Part shown: one piece after another, positions 1-11,994 of the stretch
Numbering within the stretch: the stretch's first letter is position 1
Layout of the letters: every line of letters begins with the position of its first letter
Assembly: GCA_965235115.1 (NCBI GenBank)
Contig: OZ249445.1
Span: 11,036,001-11,100,000, forward strand
Length of the DNA: 64,000 bases
Reading direction: 5' to 3'
DNA from: Laetmonice hystrix
Taxonomy: Eukaryota
Position numbers and translations under genes: made by a program
The notes under the pieces: generated by a model
Told to the model about the DNA's origin: nothing
The model's database searches: none
Seen by the model: only the letters and a program-made list of their open reading frames with translations

Positions 1-81
1 CCTGGACCAGTGTCAGGGTTGTGTGGGCCTGGACCAGCGTCAGGGTTGTGTGGGCCTGGACCAGCGTCAGGGTTGTGTGGG
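1..81. repeat. 27-bp tandem repeat, 3 copies (may continue upstream of the window)
   Basis: CCTGGACCAG(C/T)GTCAGGGTTGTGTGGG at 1-27, 28-54 and 55-81. It explains the SGLCGPGPA repeat in ORF 10..264. Confidence 0.95.
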
Positions 82-3000
82 CGTCGCCCTGCGGGGTTGG
101 GCTGCCGTTTAACTGATCACCATCTGATTCTGACTGACGATTGGCGCCAGGGACGCTCGAGGATACCATCTATTGAATCCTCCTTCAATGCAGGGTATAT
201 AGATTCCATGGAAACAGACCACAAGCAAGAGAATATATCTCAACTGCATGTCGGCCAGAGATAAATTTTGGATGTTGCAAGTGGATCTGAATCAACTTTT
301 AGTTAGAGGGTTTCGTGTTGATATCCCTGGGGTAGGATGACATTGGTATAGGTCGTCAACGAACCCTTTGTTCCCGATGACGTGGAGAGGAACAACTCGG
401 GAGAAAGAAAAGGATACATCTATCAATGGCGCATGTCAGGGCGTGGACTGGAGGACAGCCCGCGCCAGGCCCAACCCACTACCCTACCATCCTATCTGCA
501 ATATCTTTCAATCATCAGTCACATGAACAGTGGGCCGTTATTTCCAGTCGTCAGTACCGGGCCGATAGACGTGATACAGAGAAGGGGTAATTTCCAACAC
601 AAAACAAAATCAGTTAAACGTGTTGACATACATGACAACGTGGATGGGTGAACACCGAGACGACAGTCAGCGCGGTGTATAAAGGCATACGAACACCCAG
701 GCCCTTGGCTTCGTATATTTGAATGAAATATCCTAATTATACACAGGTAATATATTATGTATGGATCGGAAGTAAATTTACATCAAAAGTACAATTGTAA
801 ATATATCATCATGATATCCAGCAAATGGGTGATATAAAACTGACATCTCTTAAAGTCGCATACTTTTTGCGAATTCCTCTCAAGTGACGAAGGATCACTT
901 CTTCATTTTACAAGTGATATATTGTAAGAAGAGACTTTTCACAATATAGGCGTTAGCTGAGCAAGGGGTCCTTCTTTTGCAACCACTTCGAGTTTATATT
1001 TTTCACATAAAGAATTACTTGCTACCATGCATGGAAAGCCAACATTTTTTTCTAAACCGTTATATCATTGTCAATGAAACTACGTCCCTGACAGCAAAGC
1101 CTTGTATTAGCCTTTCAAAACAAACGAACCCGGGACGTTTGCCAAAGATTGTACCATTAGAAAGTAAGAACACTCATGTCGTGCCATATTAGTCAAATAT
1201 AATGATAAACTGCCCTCCCTATTTGAACTACGTTGAGATATACTGCTGCTCAAATAACGAAAGCCTGCGGAGTTTATACAACCATATACTTTTACCGTAA
1301 CTCAAACATACAAAGTTTAGATGGCAAATAACGGTAGTTTGTTTAAAAGCGAAGTGCCCTCGCTGGTCCTACGTGTGCCGTTTCACCAGAAGATTGGCCT
1401 ACATGTAATGATCAGGTACATAAGGTGATGGATGTATAGACGTAATCCTCTCACCCACTCACACTTGACGGATCCTGGTGGGTCTGCCGTGACGGTATGG
1501 AGTGTCACGGTGATGGATAGGTCGGTACGTCACACTCTCATTGACCGTCATTGATACGGTACTGCAGGTGGTGACGAACTGTCACAGAAGTACCGCCCGT
1601 GGTCACACTGTCACCGACCCGACCCGCCACTCTTCGTTCTCATTGTATTTTTTCAGTGAACCTCAAAGGATCGAATATAGTCGGTTTTAACGGTGCTGTC
1701 TGTGGAAGGAGCCATACAGACGTTTACAATGGTCGATGTCTTCCTCCTATCACAGCCCAATCTATGTTTGTAACGGGTCGAAGGGCAGCTGTTAGCAAGT
1801 GAAGTCATATAATGTTACATAATTACGATATCTTTGCTTCTGACTCAAAGAAACAGATACTTACAGGATAAAGTGTGAAACGGTATATACTAACTTCCTT
1901 GAAAGGGTCTGGTGCATAAATCTGACGATAAACTAGATCAGAATCCACATGATTCCTTCCTGCTATCTGATTCCGTCCTCTGATTAAGCTAGCTCAAAGC
2001 GACCAAGCTCTATAGCGATCCTCTGCACATATTAGGTCAATGTCATTGGATTTATCACCGACAAGTCACTACTTGTGACCTCAGTGGATGCTAACCTGAT
2101 TACTAAATCACAGCACAGAGTTGGCAGGTTCCCCAAGTGTTAATTGAGTTAACTCATCACACATACCTAAATGACGGTATCGGAGGTCATGATCAGATGT
2201 ATCCGAACGCACCTCTAACGTTTTAAAACGGAGGTAAAATACGTAACAACAATAATGCCCCTACCTAAGATCCTATGTTTATAGGATTAAACTCGTAGTA
2301 TTCGCGAACGTGTAGGCCTACACGAAAGTCAGATCGACATCAGAGTAAGCTAGTGTTGTTTCTCGTGCTCCGATCATCTTCCCAGTGCGAACACGTCAAC
2401 ATTCGGGGGAAAGACGATCGTCAGTTGTAGGAGGTGATTTTGTCTGCAGTTTTCAGTATGAAATCGAGACAAAATGAGTTAACTAGTGGTGTCATGGACT
2501 AGATATGGACTCTAAGTATCACATATAGGTATATTTTTAGAATGTCTCTTTTGGAACCTGTTCCATTTTTACCTCCGCTTTAAGCATTGAAACACCAACA
2601 TCACGTGACATATTACACGGTACATGACCGAGGGTACGTTTTTAACTTGCTTGATCCTACAAGATACGTATTATGTCGTCCCATTTTAAACATAAATGAT
2701 ATATTACCAGATATCCCAACAATGACGTAAACCATTCGGTAATTTGACTAAATCCACGCTCCCGATATAATTGTACGTTGTAAATTGGCACCAGTAGACG
2801 TAGCCCGAGGCGATCCGACGTATGTTAATTAACGAGGATCTAGACACTGTATAACTGATGAGAGATGCATAGACCCAAGTCTGTCATCGCGCCACCGTCC
2901 CCACAATAAGTCGGACCATATATGGAGACGGAAAGAGGCGGGAAAACAGGGTTAGGATGGCCGCCTATACACACAGGGCTGTGGATCTCTCTGACTAATC

Positions 3001-3539
3001 GACTCTGGCACGCAGGATCCATAAGTTTAGCCGTAATTAACCTCGAAGGATGCAAAAGGAGAGCTCAGATTGGCGCGCCATCTCGCTGGCTGGGGTGTAG
3101 ACCCCTGACAGTCCGACACAAATATAGCATGGGTCACCAAGAAAGGTCATACTGTCAGGGTTAGTCTTCTAGCACTCGGCACTCTAGGGGCTAACCATGA
3201 TCGTACAAGAGATAGTGATTCAATTTTAATAGTTTAATAGCCCCCCCTCATTTTGTATACTGTAGGCTCCAGTATACAACACGTACATCCACACTCGTCG
3301 GTTCCTTACTCCGCACCATTGCTGGTGTCAAGCAGACCGTGCGGCAAACCGCTCAGTGATTCATGTTGATGGACTGAGGTACAAGGACGTGACCCTTGGT
3401 GAATTTATCCGTTACAGTAAATTGAGTTCGGCTTTAGTGAAGGATCAATTATGTACCATCCTGCGCCATGTAAGTGCAAACTTCTGCCATCATTCTCAAA
3501 CAACCCATTCAAGACGGTCTATAGAGCCCCAGCCCTCTG

Positions 3540-3715
3540 GGCCCGGTTTTTAGTTCGTCATTTTACCAATCTTAAGACTGGACTTTTAAGACCGACTTGT
3601 GTTATGGTGTCTCATTGGCTGACTTCATTTGAAGGACCAATCAGAAGCTCTGAAACAGGAGTTCAGTCTTAAGATTTTAATCTTAAGACTCGGTTTCCAA
3701 ACTAAAAACCAGGGC
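3540..3715. mobile_element. MITE-like element, possibly PIF/Harbinger-type
   Basis: 16-bp imperfect terminal inverted repeats GGCCCGGTTTTTAGTT (3540) and AACTAAAAACCAGGGC (3700-3715). Internal perfect inverted pair AATCTTAAGACTG/CAGTCTTAAGATT. Flanks are CTG and CAG, so there is no exact TSD. The superfamily is an inference. Confidence 0.6.
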
Positions 3716-4839
3716 CAGGTAACTGTAAAGGTCGAACCAGGAACGAACCATGCCCAAATTTGAGCCATGTCTCCGGTCTGTAAAGACGACCTGTTCTTCC
3801 ACTCCATTCCTTCATGCAATGATATATTCCTATCCTTTTCTAAATGTGAAATCGACATGCTTGGTTGCTTGTTAAAGATGATGCTCTTTATGCGATGCCG
3901 TCCTGTTTGAAAGTCGGATGCAGTAATCAAGGTAGTTGCAGCTACTTCTATTGTGTAAAACACACATGGTAGACATGGAAATGGGCATGGATGACTGGTA
4001 GTTAAATGGTTGCTACCGCGTGCCTCGCAGGAAATCTTTTAAAGGACACCACACTACTACCAAAAACTTCTCTGTAAATGCGATGGCAAAAAGGTAACTA
4101 GCTAATAGACCACTTATGTCATTACGGGGAAACAGATGCACAAGGAAAATGCGTCTTCTCTCGAGTGCCTGCACGTTGTCAGAAAGACGAGGGTGTACCG
4201 TTATGAGGACCTCCCTCTTGACGAGGACTTTACATATACGACGTCCTGGTTTGAAACATTGCATCCTGTATCGGTCATATTGAACAGTCCATGTTTTACT
4301 GAGCAAAGATGGTGTGTCCTCAAGCGGTACACACCGAGTTAAACTCTGACACCACGGGTGGTATAATCGCCGACAGCTTCGTCCGTTACGGTATATAGTT
4401 TGGGACTCGCTCGTGTATCTCGGCATGAAAAGGTATACAATATTTCTCACAAAGGATCATAGCCAAATCCCTTTTTACGAGAAAAAAATACCGTTAGGAA
4501 TGTTGGTAGGGTGAGATAGGCAATTGCTTGATGCAAACTAGGATCGTTTCCGATCTGTGGCGACTTCTTGAAATCAGTCGTGAGTCATTCACAGGACACG
4601 ACTAGTATTTGCCCGTTCATCCTGCAAAGTTCCCGATCGGGGGTGGGGTGGGGGTGGGGGGGGGGGGGCACTGGCCACAGTGGTGGCACGAAAGGCCTTT
4701 CATCAATTATCAGTATTTGGTTAACTGCAATGAGACGGTTAGACGGTGTAATGGCGTATATCTGACCTACCCGTAAAATCATAACAGAATTACTTTCCTC
4801 CCTTTCCGATCACAGTCCTACAATCAAGGCACCATGATG

Positions 4840-5048
4840 TCGGGTACATCCCCCATGGTAACTTAAAACCCACGAAATTTGGTCGAAAGTAAAGATCCAT
4901 AGCCCCGACCTTATCCCTAACCACTTACCCCAGTCCCTACACCCCCCAAAAACATATCCCTATCCTATCCCTATCCCTATCCCTGACCTTAACCCGAACC
5001 CCTATACCCACAATTTTGTATGGAAGTTACCATGGGGGAATAACCTGA
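4840..5048. mobile_element. MITE-like element with a degenerate telomere-like (CCCTAA/CCCTAT) core
   Basis: Perfect 16-bp inverted repeat TCCCCCATGGTAACTT (4849-4864) / AAGTTACCATGGGGGA (5024-5039), imperfectly extendable to about 25 bp. The interior contains CCCTAA/CCCTAT-like units at about 4910-5005. Confidence 0.65.
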
Positions 5049-8000
5049 TGTGGACTGTGTAGCCCGAACACAGTCATCTTGATATTTTTATCTTCTACGT
5101 ATAACACCGACGGTGAATACCACACGTTCTTCCTGCATAAATTATTGCAATAATGTTACTGCCCTGGGGTGAAATATAAGAAAGAGACGACGTGCGTCCA
5201 TGAGCCCATATATCATGTAACCTGACAAGTAGGTTAGTTTGTTAGTATTTTTTACAATCAAGGGTAATAGAATGCCCTATGGCGACCAGATACAGTCATA
5301 TATTAGGTACCTGTGATAGCTTTTTGTTGCCACCTCCGTTTTACAGATAACCTTTACTATCAAAACACCACAGTACCAAGAGGCAGTTGACGCCCACTAT
5401 AATTGACGTATAGTCTGGCTGTGGTCAGTGATGTGTTCCTATAACCAGTCCATCTCCTACACTTATTGCATTCCCGTCTCGGACACAATGGTCTATTTGT
5501 ACCTAATCAAGGTCGTTGAGATCAATGCGACGAGTTGAATCGACACTATCCTGTCGTTCTCAGCACTCACCCTCAGATCGCACCTGTTCCACACAATAAC
5601 ACAAAGCGACCAGTTTACACTAACCCACTTCAGAATTCTTCGCATAGTTTGAATTTTATTCACCTTACCTTAATCACATGGCCTTTCAAGAAGGATTGAA
5701 TGGCTACATGGGGGTGGAAGGGAACCTGTAAGTGTCCCCGGCAATGTAGGGTTATAAAGAAAATTATCTTCCCTTCATTGTGCCATTAATCTTTGCTCCT
5801 AAAGAAAAACTTAGGATGTTGCTGTGAGGTCATATACATAACCCTTAATATATACTCATCAATATCGGTACATAGTCTTGATGACTAAACCTGGACGATA
5901 TTGTTTCAAAATACATGCATATTGTATATATACAACTATTTATCAACCAAATGTGTCACACGTTACACATGCACGTTTTTCAATGGGTGCATATGTATTT
6001 TCTTAGTTACATTAAAGGATATGGTACTTCATCACATGATGAAAAAGAAGAAAGACAATGTAATGATTGTGTTTGCTGGAATCCACATGTCCACATTGTA
6101 TTGTGGCTGGTATAGTGGTGTCACACTGAGCATCCAGGGCCCTCACTGTCCGAAGGTCACCGTCAGGTCTTCCACCTCACGGAACACGTCAGTTAAATCA
6201 CATCACGAGATCGCTGTTAAAACAAGGACAGGGTTAGATCCTCCTCATTAGGAATAGATTTCTCTATAATAACAAACAGTTAACAGCGAGTATTTGGGAT
6301 TATCCATGTTCCGGTGGCTCATCTTGTATCTCTAACTCTGAGTACATCTCATGTGTTGGTGTCGGCGTCGGACACGCACGGCTGGTGCAATATTGTATCG
6401 TAATGCACGACCAATGACGGGGTCAGTCAACCTTACCCAACAGGTCATTGGAGGCAAAACGGAGCGGCAGAGAAAGATTAAACTCTTCAGGCCCGATTAG
6501 AATCCATGTAACTAAAGCATTCCACTGGAACTTTCTTTCTGAACCTGTCCTGACTGCTAACACATGGCATCACGCATGGGCAATTATTTCATGCCGCATA
6601 CTTTCCACAACGTTGCTGCGCAATTCCGTGAGGTCGATGCGTTATCCGTCTGGTATTTCAAAATGACTTGGACACTACCATATATGCGTTCGTTGATCCT
6701 TAAAAGGCAACGAATACATAACTAACTCTCTCTCTATGGCTCGATATAATTCTCTCTCTCGGAGGAGCAGACAGGACCTTCTCTGTGAAAGCCTCGGCCC
6801 ACATACCGCAAGTATAGCTCTCTTTCATCTCTGTTCGCTTAAACTTTAGATACTGGATCCCTCAAAGTTGGTGTATGCTAGAGTTTAGTGGTAGAAAACA
6901 CTGACCTAAAGTTAACCTGTCAACCATCTGTCGAATGTCAGGTCGGAGGTACGGTTGTAACTCGCCACACAACATGAGAACGAGATGACCGGCCGGAGAC
7001 CACAAAGGACCTCGGTATCAAGCCACCACGAACGGTCTCAGTGTTAGGGGTCGGATGATACATGACTGACTGCCAGGACGATCACACATTGCCTCCTCTT
7101 AAAACTGGTCAATACGGCATTGCGCGCTATCTGACATAAATCACGACCTCTTCAGTTCTTCCGTTTATCACTTTCTCAAAATAAAAGGCGTACCTCGTTT
7201 ACTTAGGGACTTAGAAATCCACGCACTGTGCATGTGTGATCCTGACGTTAACGCTGCCAGTGACCATCCATGATTGAATGCCACCAAGACGTCTTCATGT
7301 TTAAATACCAACGTCCGAGGCATGCTTTATCGGAGAAGACCTCATAATAAGTCCTAAAGTAAATATGTTTTCCTTCAACACTATCGACTAATACTGAGAT
7401 CATTGCAAGCCGCCAGTCTGGGATGTGTTTCCACCATGCAGCCAATCGCAACCAGTTTTAGGTTCGGGGTGTTGGTTGTTTGGTTGGGTCGAGGGACGCA
7501 TGAACACTAACGCAGACAGGTACGCGCGGCCAATTATCTCTGGCCAGTGTAATGAAGCGTTCCGATTGTGACTGTACAACATCGAATGTCCTCAGGGCCG
7601 GCAATACTTGCTAACTGCAAACACATAACTTTTTTAAAGGTGAGTTTCAATCTTTACAATGTGCTTCATCTTTAACGGAAATATATACCTCTCGCCAACA
7701 GAGGGAAGAAGCATTTCTCTGCACACCCTCCAACCACCAGCCAGAGGGGTACTACATCTATTATTACTGTAATGGTGCGGACAGGCTCTTAGTATTTTTT
7801 TTCAATTCAAAGCAGACGTTTTAAAAGTATTCCTTTGGAAAACTATAGTCTGGTGCACATACGACTCAAGTCCAAAGTGACATGCGGCGCCATGTACTTT
7901 AAACTTAATGAACCCTTACAAAAAAGGAAGAGAGAGAGAGAAAAAAAACGGAAAAGAAAATAGAAACAGAAAAAAATGAAGGAAAGGACTGAAGCACAGA

Positions 8001-10950
8001 GGACCCCAGGGGGAAAGTCCTCGCCAACCGAGTGTCAAAAACACGTAAAACATATACTTTAGAAGCGACGAACTTTTCCGGTGAAGTGAGCTTTTGGTGA
8101 CGTTTTCAACGACTCAGCCTCGAAGGAACCTTTACGAGCCAGCCGTACGCGGAGAGAAAGCCGGATCTTTATACTGTAAACCTGAATATACCACCCGCAG
8201 GGTCTCTGTCATCACTAACGCCTGCTTAAAAAAGGACACTTTTCTCCGTTTGACCGTCAGCTGTATAGTAAAGTGTGAGCCCCAGTAAGGCGCTGAGAGA
8301 CCGAAAGCCATGGGCCAGCTTATTTCTTCATGTTGGGGACAGATGGAGCGAGGATTAGAACACAGAGCCTGGTCTATACTCGTGTTTAAGGAGACACAAC
8401 TATGATTACTTCAGGAATGAGTGCACAGACCGCGTAGAGTGTGTCAGGTGTACGAGTTTGGGCACCAGGTGGCCATATCGAGTAGACACAGAGTGAACAG
8501 AGGTACTACTATATTTTGTTGACACCATGTGGGTTGAGCTCAGCGCGCCACCTATACATCATCATAACGCACCCATACCGCCCGCCACCCAGGCACCAAC
8601 TGCTGTGTCCCTTGGGAATCAGTTTATAACCCGGTCTGAAACACAACAAATTCAGGACAATAACCATTCTGCTCCGTAATACGTAAAAAATATGGACCCT
8701 CATGATTCTCTATTGGATAGGTGGAGCATCAGTTATATAGGAGGTAACCTGCAGCTGTAGCTTGCTGTTAGAAATTCCGGGGTTTGGGAGAGTGAGGCTG
8801 ATCACAGAGTACGATATTGCCTCAAGTTGATAGATGTGCCAAGGTGCCGTGACCTTTTAACCAAGGGATAGGTAAAAACTATGTCCACGGGACTCCTGGC
8901 TGTATATCCACTGTGTTGTTTATCCTTTCAACATTCAGGGGAAGGGCAACATAGCCGTGGGACATCCTACACAACGTGATCTTATCCTCATTCATCATTC
9001 TAAAGACGAACGTATTCAAAGCCAGATCAGTTCTCAGAAGAAATACTGGCGCCGTAATAGGTCTACCTTTGAATTGCCGCTTTAAGGGCGGTTTGAAGCC
9101 GCAAGTCTCGAAACTTCGCCTGTCGCTGACAGAATTCTGTGGAACGCCCACACTCGTCCTATACAAAAATGTGTCATTCCTGTGGGTGACACACACATGT
9201 TCGGCGGTCGGCCACTACGTATAGCATTTGTATATGTATATAGGGTCATCCGACTTGCTTCCGAACTCGGTATATGACATAAACAATAATCCACACATCA
9301 GGCCTACAAACGGACGCATGTGTCCGGCATAATGTAACTTGAAATCAAACAACTCAACGTATTGATATAGCTCTTACATCTGTAGAAACTCCAGGGGTCG
9401 ATGGAAACGACCTTGTATAATGTATGTACTGACCACTTGAGAAGATCATAGTAAGCACAATTTGTCTGCTGGCTAGGTTGAATTTGTTTTAAAACGTCAT
9501 AGGCCTAGGATCTGACATTAAGGTGAGGGTACATTCTTGTTTCTTAATCAGTTGACCTATACGTCATAATATTGATCACAGGCTGAACTATATGCCCATA
9601 GCCGATTCATTGTTTACTCCGCCTTGCAAATTACAGATGTGGTCAAACTGAACTATTATTAAGGTCCTACTTGTTATAACGTCCACAATAGACTCTGTTG
9701 ATGGCTACAACCAATTAGCCACCACTTTCTCTCATTGGCCTGCGGCTATTACGTGACGACATTTTGCCGGCAGTGGGCGCTCATGTCGCCTGTCACTGGC
9801 GTGAAAGCGAACGTCCAAGATCTTGTGTTTGGGCTTTCGCGCCATTTTCACCATCATAGTTTGTAGTGAAGCGTCAATGTGGTTTCTTCCGGCAAAAGAT
9901 GTCACCTGACGTGTTAACATGACGAGGCTCAGACTGAAACCGTTCAACACGCTGCGACGCGCCAGTCGTCTGCTTTGATGGGACGAGAATGAGGCCAGGT
10001 CGCAGACAGTGCGTTCTGATGTATGCCAATATAAATGTGTTGACTTCAAACAAATGACGTTTTGTCATGGACTAGGGGAGTAGGAATGTTGACCAAGGGC
10101 GGTAACATCCCGACAACGGCAGCGTCACGCCAAAGTTATGTGAGAGAAGTATAAAGCTGCAGGGATGAGTATGTAACCTCCACAGTCGCTGCAGGAGGAG
10201 TACTACTCTCTATGGAGCACCCCGAACGCTATTGATAGGGGCCTGTCATATGGAATATCAAGGCTTACCCTATCTCAGCTCAGTTGGAGAAACTGCTGCA
10301 TCTGTGCAGCATCTATAAACGGGCTATCAGAAAGGGCAATTCTCCAACTCATCGGAACATACTGTATTACTATATATAGGTCTACTTCTACACATTCAAC
10401 ATGAATCGGTAGGTACAGCTCAGCAAATATAAGTAACTCCAGCTGTGCTTTTCGTGCATGTGAACTTTGTGTTAAAGCGTCAATGGGATCGTGTCGCAAG
10501 GTCAGATGTGCATCACAGTTGGTTCAGTTGCCTAGGTGAATATTGTCGCGCACCTAAGTCAAAAGATCCCATTCCTCGCCATCGGGGGCCTGTATGGCGT
10601 ACATATTTTTGTCAACCGCGTGAAAAATAGCATTTACTAATACATAACGTGAAGTTCGGCTCGGCCATTTCGTCCTCTTTTCACATTCAATCTACTTTGT
10701 ATACTGATTAAACCTATACGGGAGGCCAAGGTATTATTGAGGCATTGTTTATAATGACTGAACTTTGAATTATTGTTTGTTGACCATTGCTTGTTGTTGT
10801 TAGCCTACATCGTAAGCTTGGAATATGTGAATTCAATCTTTGGGCGTCTGTTGATGAAAACACCCGTCCTTTGCCGATGATTTTATAGTAAACAACTGGC
10901 TTTTTGTTTCAGACTGATCCCCACTGTGCTCCGCCAATCGATATCAGAGA

Positions 10951-11994
10951 ATGTCACGGCAGACCATCCCAATCTCGCGTGGAAATAATGAAAACGTCAT
11001 AACAGTCCGTCCAGAAACAGCGACCTCCTTCAACACTATGCAACGCGACATGGAGGACGAACTAGAGCGCAGGCGCAAGGATTGGGAGCGGGAGGTGGAA
11101 CGCATGCAGCAGGACTTCTTCCATTTAAAATCTGACGACGACAGTGAAAACCGTAATCTGTCAATCAAACTGGGCACGTCTCCTGGACGTGGCGTCGGAA
11201 CCAGCGTCATCGATATCAACAACGCCAAGACGTTGTACCAGGAGAAACCGGACGGTTCAAGGACGTACCGTCTGCGCTTTGACCTCACCGGCTTTGAGGC
11301 TCACGAGGTTCGGGTGAAGGCCGAGGGATTGAAGCTCCACGTGAACGCCTGGAAAGAGGTCGACCATGGCAGCGGGCACAAAAGTACCAAACAGTTCAGT
11401 AGGCAAATTGATATTCCGGACAACGTCAACCCAGACAAGCTGATGGCCGTCATCAACTCAGATGGCTTCCTGACCATTGAAGCCCCGGTATGTGAGCCGA
11501 CAATACCCATACAGACCACCACGACCGAGACCCCTCTTCTGTCCCCGCCACAGTATTTTTCCGTGGTACGTTCCCGGAAATCTCCGCCAACCAGTCCCCG
11601 TGTGAGTACCGTCACCAGCAGCCTGGGTCGGTACGGTACGGGTGGGCCCATGGTGGTGAGCGTCAATGACACGCGCAAGTTGGCCATGGCAGTGGACATC
11701 GGGCCCGAGTTCAACCCACAGGATGTGACGGTCAAACTGATCGGCAACAAACTCCAGGTCCAAGCCAAACACGAGGAGACAATTGGAGGGCGCACCTCCA
11801 AACGGGAGTTCTCCAGGGAGTTTGATCTCCCCGAGAGAGTGGAGGAGAACACGCTGCGAGCCATGCTTAGTCTCGATGGTCGCTTAGCAATTGGCGGCAG
11901 TATCCATGCCAACAAACTGCACTCTGACGCCATCGATTCAGTGATGCGGGACATGCCAATAGATGGCAGGCCATGCAGAATCGTGATAATCTAA
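10951..11994 (+). CDS. Small heat-shock protein with two alpha-crystallin domains (p40/major egg antigen-like), 347 aa
   Basis: Uninterrupted ORF. ACD1 is LRFDLTGFEAHEVRVKAEG...FSRQIDIPDNVNPDKLMAVINSDGFLTIEAP. ACD2 is MAVDIGPEFNPQDVTVKLIGNKLQVQAKHEE...FSREFDLPERVEENTLRAMLSLDGRL. The N-terminal RRRKDWEREVERMQQDFF motif is shared with the paralog at 21156-22076. A splice acceptor TTTTTGTTTCAG ends at 10912, so the CDS lies in one exon after a 5'UTR intron. Confidence 0.95.
   Translation: MSRQTIPISRGNNENVITVRPETATSFNTMQRDMEDELERRRKDWEREVERMQQDFFHLKSDDDSENRNLSIKLGTSPGRGVGTSVIDINNAKTLYQEKPDGSRTYRLRFDLTGFEAHEVRVKAEGLKLHVNAWKEVDHGSGHKSTKQFSRQIDIPDNVNPDKLMAVINSDGFLTIEAPVCEPTIPIQTTTTETPLLSPPQYFSVVRSRKSPPTSPRVSTVTSSLGRYGTGGPMVVSVNDTRKLAMAVDIGPEFNPQDVTVKLIGNKLQVQAKHEETIGGRTSKREFSREFDLPERVEENTLRAMLSLDGRLAIGGSIHANKLHSDAIDSVMRDMPIDGRPCRIVII

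Noticed and set aside
4637-4669. G-rich runs here and at about 37692, 50875, 53637 and 62318 as functional G-quadruplexes
   Set aside because: Mostly homopolymers, at least one inside a MITE; common and prone to sequencing error, with no functional context.
10150-10408. Candidate TATA boxes (10150, about 10314) and a donor at 10408/10409 as exon 1 of sHSP1
   Set aside because: Plausible, but the candidate exons contain out-of-frame ATGs and I see no clear HSE, so exon 1 cannot be assigned.
10275-10499. Minus-strand ORF with LYIVIQYVPMS...QQFLQL, vaguely like kinase subdomains IV-V
   Set aside because: No other kinase motifs or flanking exons; likely chance resemblance.
11301-11954. 217-aa antisense ORF (and similar antisense ORFs at 21222-21837, 37248-37526, 41255-41617, 47616-47918)
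   Set aside because: These are shadow ORFs opposite real CDSs, with no independent family motifs or splice/promoter support.
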